Origin: Octopus sinensis
Lineage: Eukaryota
Assembly (NCBI RefSeq): GCF_006345805.1
Contig: NW_021837007.1
Span: 1 to 22,178, forward strand
DNA length: 22,178 nt
Direction of reading: 5' to 3'
The translations under genes and the position numbers were made by a program. Below the pieces are notes generated by a model that saw only the letters and a program-made list of their open reading frames with translations, ran no database searches and was not told the origin of the DNA. Numbering within the stretch: the stretch's first letter is position 1; each line of letters starts with the position of its first letter. Of the stretch, positions 1 to 11,043 are shown piece by piece.

Positions 1-292
1 TACGAGAGAGAGAGATCGGAGATGCCTGATTAATTAATAAGAGAAAATATGAGTCCTATTAGCCACCGGGTATCAAATGTACCTTTTGAAGTGTCTTCAT
101 GCTACATACACCGAAAACCTCATACCTAAGGAAACCGAGTGGGGTGGTCTTCTACCCAGTATTTCGGTTTATTTATAAAACTAGTACTTATATTCTAACC
201 AAAAGATAGGGCCATGTCTTATATCTGTCTTACATTAAGGGCAAACGAAGAACATCTACGTGGCCATTCGATCCGTTAGAAATACTTCTTAT

Positions 293-751
293 CTTTTAGC
301 CTCTATCTTGCTTCAGTCATTAGACTGCGGCCATGCTGGGGCACCGCCTTGAAGGGTTTTAGTCGAACAAATCGACCCCAGTACTTATTTGTTTTTGTTT
401 TGTTGTTGTTTTGTTTGTTTTTGTTTTTTTTAACCTGGTACTTATTCTATCGGTCTGCGGAACCGCTAAGTTATGGGGTCGCAAATACACCAACACAGGT
501 TGTCAAGCGGTGAGGGGGGACAAACGCAGACATAAAGACACGTACATAAAAACATACATACACAAGCATAACTCATACACACACAGTCTATATATATATA
601 CACATATATATTAATATATATATATATATATAACATATATATACGAAGGGCTTCTTTCATTTCCGTCTACCAGAACCACTCACATGGCTTTGGTAGGCCC
701 AAGGTTATAGTAGAAAACACTTGCTCAAGGTGCACGCAGTGGGATTGCACC
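293..751 (-). mobile_element. SINE family A (tRNA-headed, CORE-like), 5'-truncated copy
   Basis: Reverse complement of the copies at 3697-4108 and 17167-17445 (shared blocks GCGGCCATGCTGGGGCACCGCCTT, AACCGCTAAGTT, GGGCTTCTTTCA, TATAGTAGAA); has an internal (TA)/(CA) tract. Confidence 0.85.
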
Positions 752-929
752 TGGCGAGATGGCACAATCGTTAGAACGGCATTTCTTCTAGTTCTGAGTT
801 CAAATTCCACCGAGGTCGACTTTGTCCTTTCATCCTTTCGGGGGTGATGAAATAAGTGCCATTGAAATTAGGGGCTGATGTAATCCCACCCCACAAATTT
901 CATGTCTTGTGCTTATAGCAGAAAAGATT
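752..929 (+). mobile_element. SINE family B (Meta/MESC-like core), tail type 1, degenerate
   Basis: GAGTTCAAATTCCACCGAGGTCGACTTTG..CTTTCATCCTTTCGGGG core with a B-box-like GAGTTCAAAT; tail AAATTTCA..CTTGTGCTTATAGCAGAAAAGATT. Confidence 0.8.
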
Positions 930-1128
930 GGTAAGCTGACGGAATCGTTATCCCACCGGACAAACTGTTTAGCGGTATTTCGTCCGTTTTGCCGAGGTCG
1001 ACTTTGCCGTTCGTCCTTTCAGAGTCGATGAAATAAGTGCCAGTTGAGATTTGAGGTTGATGTAATCGACTATTCCCCTGCCCCAAAATTCCAGGCTTTC
1101 TGTCAACAATAGAAAGAAGGAAATTATT
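930..1128 (+). mobile_element. SINE family B, tail type 1, second adjacent copy
   Basis: TTAGCGGTATTTCGTCC..GCCGAGGTCGACTTTGCC..GATGTAATCGACT..CCCCAAAATTCCAGGC; homologous to 9115-9347 and 16117-16348 up to the tail. Confidence 0.8.
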
Positions 1129-1329
1129 TCACACTTCATTGAGTCCGACATGTACTGCTTGTTCCACAGCCCCTCTATCCTACCTCCAAATACAGAGCTG
1201 GCTTTCATCACCCTGCGATCTAGTCTATCACTAACGCAACCATCATTAGAGACTATACTGCCTAGATTAAGGTGCCCGCCTTTACAAACCCCAGCACTTC
1301 GCTAACAATGTGCTAAGGTTGTTTTGCTG
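1126..1329 (-). pseudogene. RTE-clade LINE reverse transcriptase C-terminal fragment
   Basis: Minus-strand translation LGSIVSNDGCVSDRLDRRVMKASSVFGGRIEGLWNKQYMSDSMKCEI matches the RTE pattern YLGS..S.DG.....I..RI.KAS..FG.L...W.......TK; disrupted. Confidence 0.7.
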
Positions 1330-1975
1330 AGGGTTCAGCTCTTCCACCGTTGAGATTTTGAGGGGGCATCTTTTAAGTTTTTGTGGGTCGATGCAGATGA
1401 GAAGTGATCCATCTTTTTTCACAGAATCTGCCATGCTTGAACACCAATCTGTATGTTGTTTCACAGGTTTGATGACCCCCATTTCTTCCATCTTCTGGAG
1501 TTCAATCTCGGGCTTATTTTTCAGTTGAACTGAGCATTTCCGAGGTGGGTTAATGAAGGGTTCTCAATCTGCTTTTATGTATAGTTGTGCGGCTTCCTCG
1601 AAGTTGCCCCGGCTGTCGAAAAGATTTGGGTTATGTTTCTTTCAGGTCTTCGATTGTTGTGAAATCAGGAGTTGAGTCCATAACGTGATCACAATGTATT
1701 GGGATTAATTTCATTGTTGGTAACCCGATGATTGATGGTCCCATCCACCTCTACCACATAGGATTTGGCATCATGGAATTCGCTGCTGTTTGAGCAAAGC
1801 TGAAAATGTATTGATCCCAAGCATTTCTTGGCTATTGTATGCCATCAGATGAATGTTTATCTCTGGTATTAGCATAACTGCAGTTGGAGTCGATTTGTAC
1901 ATCTGACGATATGTACGCATTGGCAGTGTGTTGCCTGCTGCTCCCGTATCAAGTCTTTAATTTTATCTGTTGTGT
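1330..1975 (-). pseudogene. pol: Gypsy pol fragment: aspartic protease plus RT N-terminus
   Basis: LDTGAAGNTLPMRTY (DTG at 1942-1950) and MEEMGVIKPVKQHTDWCSSMADSVKKDGSLLICIDPQKL..ISTVEELNP; frameshifts and stops present. Confidence 0.88.
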
Positions 1976-2149
1976 TTTTTTCTTTCTGTGGACATATGAT
2001 ATCCAATGTTGCAAATGTTTCATTTCGCATGCTTGAAGTTTGTATTCAATGGCAGAGATCCCAGTTCTCTTCGTCTGAGTCTGTAGGAGTCTTGTGGCTT
2101 GATTCTATATTATGGAATTTTTTGTGTGCTTTTTTTTCCATTGCCATTT

Positions 2150-2852
2150 TTCTGTCTTGTTCTATCTTGTTTGTTCCGTTGACGACAGAATATTTTTCCA
2201 GTGTCCCTTTTTGTTGCAGAAGTTGCAGGAATCATTGCATTCAGGGGTCTTTCTTGAGGGGTGTAATCGTCCACAATTTCCACATGAACGCTTGACAGAA
2301 TCTATATTGCATGGTCCTGCGTTTGCAACTTGTTGTATATGACTTCTTCCTTCAAGAATCGCTTCAAATTTTCGATCCCTCTGTTAGGGCTTCTTCAAGC
2401 TTTCCAAGCTCCTCTTTTGGGAAGGCTTCAATGGGAGTTGAACCAATCAATAATTCAATGCTCCGTTCTTCAAGCTCTTTTTCTTCAAACTCACATTTTT
2501 TTTGCTATTGCTTGGGCTCTTATAACAAAGTCGTCAACTGCCTCATCACGCTGCCGTCTACATTCCATCAGTTTAAGGCGATGTCCTCTGAAATTGATGT
2601 TTGTCTTGACTTGTGCTTCAAACAATCCCCACAGTTTATTTGAGTTTTTCTTGTCAGCGCCTGATAAGCCAGATGCATTCAAACGTTTGAGTCCTTCATT
2701 TCCGATGCCTCTTAATATTTTTAAAGCTATTTCTTTGGTTCTATAACCTCCTCATCTTCACAATAGTACACGATGTTTTGTTTGAATATTTGCAGGGCTT
2801 CGGCTGCATTGTCTGTGTGTCACTGCATGTCGAGAATGTGGGATGTCGCCAT
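2150..2852 (-). pseudogene. gag: Gypsy gag
   Basis: ATG at 2852-2850: MATSHILDMQ*HTDNAAEALQIFKQ...IALKILRGIGNEGLKRLNASG...QRDEAVDDFVIRAQAIAKK...; knuckles CGNCGRLHPSRK and CNFCNKKGHWK at 2185-2290; contains stops and frameshifts. Confidence 0.85.
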
Positions 2853-3133
2853 ATTATTGTTGCTTCCCTTGTGCAATACAACACCGTATGATTTGGTTAT
2901 TTTCTATGGCACAACACGCACTGTGTAGCCGATATGATAACAATAGTCTTGTATATAAATTTGTAGCAATGCCTCTAACTAAACATGTGTATTCCGTGTG
3001 TATGTGTATCCTTCTAGTTCTTTTGTTTTGTGCCACGTCGCGATACTGGTACAATGGTAGCGTTGAGCAATGTCTAATGATAATAATGTGCTGGTAATCC
3101 GATTAGTTTCGATTCCAAATATTTATCGTGTTT

Positions 3134-3147
3134 CACTGCTGTCACCA
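3134..3147 (-). promoter_or_regulatory. Primer-binding site, tRNA-Leu-like
   Basis: Minus strand TGGTGACAGCAGTG lies directly after the LTR end; it resembles the complement of tRNA-Leu 3' ends (TGGTGGCAGCGGTG / TGGTGTCAGAAGTG). Confidence 0.65.
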
Positions 3148-3304
3148 TATTGTGCCATACAAGCACTCCAGTAACGCGATGCAGAGTGGTTGGTTGTCTG
3201 TTCGGCTGCCGTTCCCCGCAGCCACCGAGCTGGCCGCCTTTCATCTGCGACGACGTATTTAACAATGTGAAACTAAGTACGTTTAGTTTCGTATCATTAC
3301 AACA
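3148..3304 (-). repeat. Putative short (157 bp) 5' LTR
   Basis: Minus strand begins TGTTGT and ends ACAATA (one mismatch from ACAACA), abutting the PBS; no second LTR in the window to confirm it. Confidence 0.6.
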
Positions 3305-3408
3305 GATAGATAGATAGATAGATAGATAGATACATACATACATACATACATACATACATACATACATACATACATACATACATACATACATACATACATA
3401 CATACATA
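3305..3408. repeat. (GATA)n-(CATA)n compound microsatellite
   Basis: Direct reading. Confidence 0.95.
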
Positions 3409-3696
3409 CGCAAGCCCACGCGAACACAGTCACGCACGCACACACACACGTGCACGCTCACGCAACTAGGTCTCAAACAGACAAACGCAGCCTCCGTAAC
3501 GGACTAAGTCAAAAGTCATTGAAAATGTTGCAAGTAGCAACGAAAGAACTTTGACAAACAAAGACAAAACAAATGGTTTACCATTTAACCAATTCACTAA
3601 TAATAAAGAAGTCAAATTGAACCAGTGCGTGTATTGATAATATCGGTATAATGACGTACCCTAGACACAACAAAACTTGTTGCAACACACGAATTG

Positions 3697-4108
3697 ACGG
3701 CTGTGTGTTAGGAAGCTTGCTTCTCAACCACATGGTTCCGGGTTCAGTCCCACAGCGTGGCCCTTTGGGCGAGTGTCTTCTACTATAGCCTCAATTCACC
3801 CACAGGCTTGTGAGTGGATTTGGTAGACAGAAACTGAAAGAAGCCCGTCGTATATACAGGTATATATATATTTGTGTGAATGTGTCTTTGTGTCTGTGTT
3901 TGTCTCCCATCATCGCTTGACAATCGATGTTGGTGTGTTTACGGTCCCGTCCTATAACTTAGCGGTTCGGCAAAACGGACCGATAGAGTAAGTAGTAGGC
4001 AAAAGAGACCGTTAAAGTAAGTACTAAGCCGATTTCTTCCACTAAAAACTTTTTAAGGCGGTGCTGCAGCATGGCCGCTGTCAAATGACTGAAGTAAAAG
4101 AATAAAAG
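3697..4108 (+). mobile_element. SINE family A, near full length
   Basis: tRNA-like head with A-box-like GGCTGTGTG and B-box GGTTCAGTCC, a CORE-like TGGGCGAGTGTCTTCTACTATAGCC segment, a central TA/TG tract, and tail AAGGCGGTGCTGCAGCATGGCCGC..TGACTGAAGTAAAAGAATAAAAG. Confidence 0.88.
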
Positions 4109-4110
4109 CT

Positions 4111-4289
4111 ATACATATATATATATTTATTATATATACTTATATAATTGTATGTATATGTATATACATATATTTATATATGTATATATATATGTATATA
4201 TAGATATATATATATATTATTAATATATATATATATATATATAATACATACATACACATACATACATACAATATATATATAGATATATA

Positions 4290-4327
<38 letters not shown>

Positions 4328-4332
4328 CATAC

Positions 4333-4388
<56 letters not shown>
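4111..4388. repeat. (TA)n-rich microsatellite
   Basis: Direct reading. Confidence 0.95.
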
Positions 4389-4390
<2 letters not shown>

Positions 4391-4509
4391 GAGCACCAAC
4401 ATCTTTTAAGTGCGTAGGGTCTCTGCGGGTCTTAATCCGGCCCCTGTACCCACGATGTAAGGGAGAGAAGCATTTGGCTATGGCAACTCGGGGTATGAAT
4501 AATGCTTTA

Positions 4510-4655
4510 TTTTTATTGACTTATGGACTCCCGACCCAGAAAGGACGAGAGGTTAAGTCGACCTCGCGTGAGATTTGAACTCAAAACTATAAAGGGACTT
4601 AACAAACTACCTCGATGCATTTGATCCTTCACCCCTATCGATTCTGCCAGTTAAT
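4510..4655 (-). mobile_element. Old SINE family B-related fragment
   Basis: GACCCAGAAAGGACGAGAGGTTAAGTCGACCTCG..GATTTGAACTCA..TTCTGCCAG is a diverged reverse complement of the family B core and head. Confidence 0.65.
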
Positions 4656-4712
4656 CTTCCTAACCCCCCCACCCATCAACCCGCCCTTCGAAGGCAGCAA
4701 CAGGAGACTTGG

Positions 4713-4785
4713 CAACAACAACAACGACAACAACAACAACAACTACTACTGCTACTACTACTGCTGCTGCTGCTGCTGCTACTAT

Positions 4786-4819
<34 letters not shown>

Positions 4820-4826
4820 ATCACTG

Positions 4827-4871
<45 letters not shown>

Positions 4872-5011
4872 TTACTACTACAATTGCTACTTCTACTACT
4901 ACAACTACAATTGCTACTACTACTACTACCACTACTACTACTACTACTACCACTACTACTACTACCACTACTACCACTACTACCACTACTACTGCTGTCT
5001 GCTACTACCAT

Positions 5012-5042
<31 letters not shown>

Positions 5043-5150
5043 GCTACTTCTACTACTACTGCTGCAGCAAAGTTGCACAATTAGCAATTATAATCAGAGC
5101 AAATAACAACAACAACAGCAATACCAGCAACACTTTGTAATAATAACAAC
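4713..5150. repeat. Compound trinucleotide array (AAC/CTA/CTG/CCA)
   Basis: Direct reading; source of the poly-T/Y/L/V/S ORFs. Confidence 0.95.
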
Positions 5151-5569
5151 GTTAGTTATATATACCCGTTATATACCCTTAAAAATTGCCAGAAAGTTGT
5201 AAATAATAAAAATGCCACCCCGATTAGAGCAATGTGAAGACAAAAACAAAAACAAAAACAAACAAAAAAAATCAATAGAACAATGAATTGTTACTTGGAG
5301 CGCTTTCCACAGAAAGCATCCAATCCAGGTTTAGATACGGGTATTTTTCAACAGGGTGGGGGGGGGAACGGGGAGGAGGAGGAGGAGGAGGAGGAAGAGG
5401 AAGAGGAGGAGGCGAAGGGAAGAGGAGAGGGGTAGGCCGGTATCGATCTGCATGCTACCCCTTTCTTTGCTAACCCCTTTCTTTCCTTCCTTCCTTCCTT
5501 CCTATCCCTGCTATTTTGACAACCAATTAACTGATCTCTTTTCTGCGTCTGTATCGACTTGACTTGCGG

Positions 5570-6660
5570 GGTGGGGGTGGGGGGTGGGGGGGTTGTTTGA
5601 CTGTTTAGTATCGGCGGCGGCGGCGGCGGCGGCGGCGGTGATGTTTGGGGTGTAGAACTGGGGGGAGGGAGAGCACATAGGACTATGGTGGTGATGGCGG
5701 TGATGGTGGTGGTGGGGTGTAGAACTGGGGGGAGAACACATAGGACTATGGTGGTGATGGTGGTGGTGGTGATGTTGTGGTGGTGGTGGGGTATAGGACT
5801 ATAGAGGTAATGGTGGTGATGGTGGTGGTAGTGGTGGGGTGTATAGGACTGTAGTGATGGCGGTGGTGGTGGTGGCAGTGGTGATGGGGTGCGTCGAACT
5901 AATAGAGGTGGGGAGTGAGAAGGGAGAACGGGTAGTGGTGGGGCACATAGTACTGTTGATGGTAATCGTGGTGGTTGTGGTGGTGGGGTGCGTCAAACTG
6001 GTGATGGTGGTGGTTGGTGGCGGAGATAATGGTGACGATGGTGATAGTAGTGGTGGTGGTGATGGTGTTTGTGTGTGGGGGGTGTTGTTAAGGGTAGCAT
6101 TAATGGTGAGGGTGGCGAAGGAGGTTAGGCTAGTGTGGATGGTGTTGGTATGGGATCAAATAGCAGTAGTGGTAATGGTACTGGTATTGGAAATGGTGGC
6201 GGTGGTGGTGGTGGCAGCGGCGGCAGTGGCGGCGGCGGGTGGATGAATGGGTGGCGTGGGTAGTGGTACTAAGAGTATGGGGTGGGGGTGGATGTAAATA
6301 AATAAATAAATAAATAAATGCTGGGTAACGGTAGAAATAATGGTAAATGGGAATTGTTTTGGGGTTCTTGTAGTGGTGGTGGTGGTGGTAGTGGTGGTGG
6401 CAGTGGTGGTGATGGTGGCGGTGGCGGCGGCGGCGAGGCTAATTGGGGTAATGGAAATTGTGAAGGTGGTAGCGGCGGTGGAGGAGGCGATGCGCCTGAT
6501 GGCGAACAATGAAAGGGGAGATAAGGACTAGTGGCAGCACTGGTTGTTGTGATGAGGGTTACGGTGAGAGTAAGGCATGCAAATTATGTTGCTGTTGTTG
6601 TTATCGTTGTTGTTGTTGTTGCTGAACCTAAGGTCAAGTGTTGTTGTTGTTGTTGTTTTT
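5570..6660. repeat. GGT/GGC/GTT-rich low-complexity region
   Basis: Degenerate (GGT)n, with a short direct repeat GGGGTGTAGAACTGGGGG..CACATAGGACTATGGTGGTGATGG at about 5647 and 5714. Confidence 0.9.
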
Positions 6661-6759
6661 GCTCATGTTGCTGTGCCCTTTCTTGTTACTATGAGCAAAT
6701 TTGTAAGTTGAAATCTGTTGTAAAACCATCGGTACGAACAGCGCCACCTATATCGACAC

Positions 6760-7390
6760 TGTCAATGCCACTACCACCAACGCTGGCCCTAACAACAACA
6801 ACAACAATAACAATACTACGACGGTAACACCACCAATGCTAGCACCAACACCAATAACGGTTCCACCAATAAAAACCAACATCATCACCGACATCACCAC
6901 CGGCAATAGCAAAAGGAACACCACTAGCGCCACCAACAACAACAACACTAAAAATCACACCACAAACGACACCCGTACTACCATCGATGCCACCAGCACT
7001 ACCAGTACCTACAGCACTACCACCAACACCACCACCACCACCATCATCATCATCACTACCACAACCCCTAACACCACCAACAACACCACAACATCTAACA
7101 CCACCATTATCGCCACCACAACCTCTGACATCACCACAACAACTAACACCACCACCATCATCACTACCACAAGCCCTAATACCACCAACAATACCACAAC
7201 CATTAATACCACCACTACCACAACCTCTAACATCACCACAATCACTAACACCACCACCACAACTTCTAACACCACCATCGTCACCACCACAACCTCTAAA
7301 ATCACCACAACAGCTAACACCACCACCACCACAACTTTTAACACCACCATCATCGCCACCATCACCACACCTACAACAACATTAACCGTA
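6760..7390. repeat. ACC/AAC-rich degenerate minisatellite
   Basis: Recurring 21-30 bp units of the form TAACACCACCACCATCATCACYACCACAACC. Confidence 0.85.
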
Positions 7391-7654
7391 ACAGCAATTA
7401 TGATAATTTCCATTGTTGTTTTTTAACCCTTTAGGCAACTCTTACAAAGAGACAGATGGTCGAAGACAATCGAGCTGTGACCAACACAACATATTTTTAT
7501 CATTGTCTACCTTGAAATGCCTTATCCAATGTGGTTTTTCTTTTTCTTTTTTTTTAATACAAGGCATGATTTGAGGAATATTTGATTGCTATTTCTTATA
7601 GGTGTAGCGATCGCGTAGAGCAGTCAGGATCAACTTCTTTTTTTTTTCCGAAAA

Positions 7655-7793
7655 GCGGGCCGCATGAGATACGGGTTCATCATCAAGCGAGTTGCTCTAC
7701 TAAAAAGAAATAAAGGATAAATCGAGGCAATATTTCGTTAAGCGTATCATTCATTCAGAAAGGAGCTCGCGGGCCGCAGTTTGCTTATAACTG
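7655..7793. mobile_element. hAT/Charlie-like MITE end fragment
   Basis: Repeated subterminal GCGGGCCGCA motifs and terminus GCGGGCCGCAGTTTGCTTATAACTG, typical of Charlie-type non-autonomous elements. Confidence 0.5.
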
Positions 7794-8149
7794 GTTGTGA
7801 GGTTCATTTATTCTCTCGAATAAATAGTAGTGATGTGTAAGCGAAAAGAAATAATCAATTGCATAAACTCCGATTACTTTATTGATACTTACTTGATGGT
7901 CCATAATAATCTGGCCTTTTTCCTTTGACCTGTCCAGATTAAGCCCTTCATAACTTATGGAGCAGAAACCAATGACAACTTTTCTCCACTGTTCTCAATT
8001 CAGGGCTATCTTCTCTGGGGGAAATCCTTCTCTCGAGTCCTGTTGGTTTTGAATTGTCATCGATGCTTAAATAACTTTGCTATTTTTTTTCAAGGTTGGG
8101 CCGATGAACCAACACAAATCTATTTTCACCTCTAAGAAGAAATAGTCCA

Positions 8150-8285
8150 TAAAAGTCTGGCCTCTGTTCTCTGACCTGTCCAGCGTGTGAGGCCCGACCA
8201 GAAACTGGCACTCAGTTGGCGTAGCTCTCGGGGTCACTGAGGCATACAAGCCACCGCATAGCAACAAGGACTGCACTTTATGGTG
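8150..8285 (-). mobile_element. Possible RTE-type LINE 5' UTR fragment
   Basis: TCTGGCCTC..TGACCTGTCC..GTAGCTCTCGGGGTCACTGAGGCATACAAGCC resembles reverse-oriented RTE 5' regions as I recall them; a partial second copy lies at 7910-7937. Confidence 0.35.
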
Positions 8286-8420
8286 GAAAAACTAAGTTCT
8301 GCGAGGCACTTAGTCTGTGACGGGACTTCTTCCACTATCAGAATCTATATTAGTTAGATTCCTGGGTTACCATTATGTAGAATACGTACGGAACCGAAAA
8401 ACAAAAATTAAAAAAAAAAA

Positions 8421-8676
8421 CAGCGGTTCTCAACCGGGGTCCCATATGATCCTTGGAGACCCACATAAGATTTTGTTGTTAAAAGGTATGTGCAATAAAT
8501 TGGTTTTACTTCAATAAAACAAAATATTAAAAAAATTTTTTATAAAATATCTAATAATATTAAATAAATGAAAAATATTATAGAATTTTATTAAATCATT
8601 GAATCGCTACGGGGGTCCAATAGATTAAAATAAGAATCAAGGAAGTCCATAGGTACAAAATGGTTGAGAACCGTTA
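8421..8676. mobile_element. hAT/Charlie-like MITE (256 bp)
   Basis: TIRs CAGCGGTTCTCAACC ... GGTTGAGAACCGTTA (13/15), GGGGTCC subterminal motifs and an AT-rich core; no TSD recognisable. Confidence 0.75.
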
Positions 8677-8689
8677 CTCTAAATGGTTG

Positions 8690-9483
8690 TTCATGCCGTA
8701 AAAATAACAATTAAATCTCCCTAGAATTACACCTACAGCATAAAAAAGAACACATCAAATAATCTTTTCTACTATAGGCACAAGGCCTGAAATTGGGGGT
8801 AGGGGACAGTTGATTACATCGATCCCAGTACGCAACTGGTACTCAATTTATCGATCCTGAAAGGATGAAAAGCAAAGTTGACCTCGGCGGAATTTGATGT
8901 CAGGACGTAGTGGCAGACGAAATACCCATTTCTTTACTACCCACAAGGGGCTAAACACAGAGGGAACAAACAAGGACAGACAAAGAGATTAAGGTCAATT
9001 ACATCGACCCCAGTGTGTAACTGGTACTTATTTAATCTACCCCCGAAAGGATGAAATGCAAAGTCGACCTCGACGGAATTTGAACTCAGAACATAAAGAC
9101 ACTGACGAAATACCTATTTCTTTACTACCTACAAGGGGCTAAACACAGAGGGGACAAACAAGGACAGACAAACGGATTAAGTCGATTATATCGACCCCAG
9201 TGCGTAACTGGTACTTAATTTATCGACCCCCGAAAGGATTAAAGGCAAAGCCGACCTCGGCGGAATTTGAACTGAGAACGTAGCGGCAGACGAAATACCA
9301 CTAAGCATTTCGCCCGGCGTGCTAACGGTTTCTGCCAGCTCGCCACCTAGAACACATTAAACAATACTGTGGTCCTGTGTCAGCTGCGCTTGGGGAAAAA
9401 GATGGCAGGCCGTAGCTGGAATGATTTTGATCATAGGTCTGTTGTATGAGAAGGGCTGACCTGGGGCTTAACAACAACAAAAC
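8690..9483 (+). mobile_element. Interspersed repeat 3' portion (family D) ending in (AAC)n, split by the SINE B array
   Basis: 8700-8763 plus 9349-9483 joins into a sequence similar to 15590-15720 (CACCTAC..AAAA..ACAT..GATGG..GCTGGA) and ends GGGGCTTAACAACAACAA. Confidence 0.55.
8764..9348 (-). mobile_element. Triple SINE family B array: one head, three bodies (tails 2, 2, 1)
   Basis: Units at 8764-8926, 8927-9114 and 9115-9348; the whole array is flanked by TSD AGAACACATCAAATAAT (8747-8763) / AGAACACATTAAACAAT (9349-9365). Confidence 0.9.
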
Positions 9484-9655
9484 GTTTGAAGTATTTGATA
9501 AGTGAATGTGGTAAATAGACTTGGATTAATTGTGTAGAAAATATAGATAACATTAATAGATAGATGACCTGCCGTTAGAGACATCATGTCTATCCAACCA
9601 TATTTCTATTTCATTATATACACTCACTCCCCCACCCCTCTCTCTCCTCCCTCTT

Positions 9656-10285
<630 letters not shown>

Positions 10286-10665
10286 ATAACTTAATATGCT
10301 TTAAAGGAGAGCAATAAGCGAAGGGAGAGCATAATATGAATTATTGAATGACAAGGGAACGGAAGACACACATACACACACACAGACACACACACACGCA
10401 CACGCACATGAGACAAACAGACAAACAGAAAGAGAAGGTAATGTTTTATATTAAGGTTGGAGAAATAGTTAAAAACTAATGCGTTTGCTAATATGCGTAG
10501 GGTTGGTCATGTCAGGCTGGTTATGGTTAACTGAATTATGGGGTTTTGATATTTAAAAATTTTTCCATTATCACCTCCCACCCTAGGCCCATCATTTCAA
10601 GTTATATTTCACATATTAGCCTCCTCCTCCTCTCTCCTCTCCTCTTCTCGTAGATATATTTCCAA

Positions 10666-10679
10666 ATTGCCATGGCAAC
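10666..10679. promoter_or_regulatory. Candidate RFX X-box
   Basis: ATTGCCATGGCAAC, a 13/14 match to the palindromic X-box GTTGCCATGGCAAC, in non-repetitive sequence. Confidence 0.3.
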
Positions 10680-10707
10680 GACCTCATTCTTCAAGTATTT
10701 TGGTAAA

Positions 10708-10941
10708 TTTATCTTTTTCTTGTTTCGGTCGTTTCCTGCGGCCACGCTGGGGCACCGCCTTAAAGGGTTTTTAGTCGAACAAATCGATTCCTGTACTTAC
10801 GTTTTTGTTGTTTTTTTTTGTTTTTTTTAAGCCTGTTGGTTATTCTATCTATTGCTGTTGCCGAACCGCTCAGTTACAGGGATGTATGCAGACCAACACC
10901 GGTTGTCAAGTGATGATGGGGAGACAAACACAGATACATAC
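10708..10941 (-). mobile_element. SINE family A, 3' half
   Basis: Aligns with 293-545 (GCGGCCAYGCTGGGGCACCGCCTT..GGGTTTT(T)AGTCGAACAAATCGA..GAACCGCT.AGTTA..GGTTGTCAAG). Confidence 0.85.
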
Positions 10942-10950
10942 AGGTAGATA

Positions 10951-10981
10951 TATGTGTGTGTGTGTGTGGTGTGTGTGTGTG

Positions 10982-11012
<31 letters not shown>

Positions 11013-11040
11013 TGCGCGCGTGTGTGTGTGTGTGTGTGTG
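10951..11040. repeat. (GT)n microsatellite
   Basis: Direct reading. Confidence 0.95.
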
Positions 11041-11043
11041 GGT

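Larger units (their letters stand above)
1330..3304 (-). mobile_element. Ty3/Gypsy (Mag-like) LTR retrotransposon, 5' part, decayed
   Basis: Ordered LTR - PBS - gag with two Cys/His knuckles - aspartic protease - RT N-terminus on the minus strand; truncated at about 1330. Confidence 0.9.

Noticed and set aside
1972-2746. Plus-strand ORFs of 76-138 aa
   Set aside because: Antisense shadows of the minus-strand Gypsy gag.
4615-5140. Poly-T/Y/L/V/S ORFs
   Set aside because: Pure trinucleotide microsatellite translations.
5279-5292. Inverted Sox-like pair AACAAT-GA-ATTGTT
   Set aside because: Short AT-rich motif with atypical spacing; expected by chance.
6836-7426. 196-aa Thr-rich mucin-like ORF and overlapping Pro-rich ORF
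   Set aside because: Open in several frames because of ACC/AAC repeats; no signal peptide, domain or splice support.
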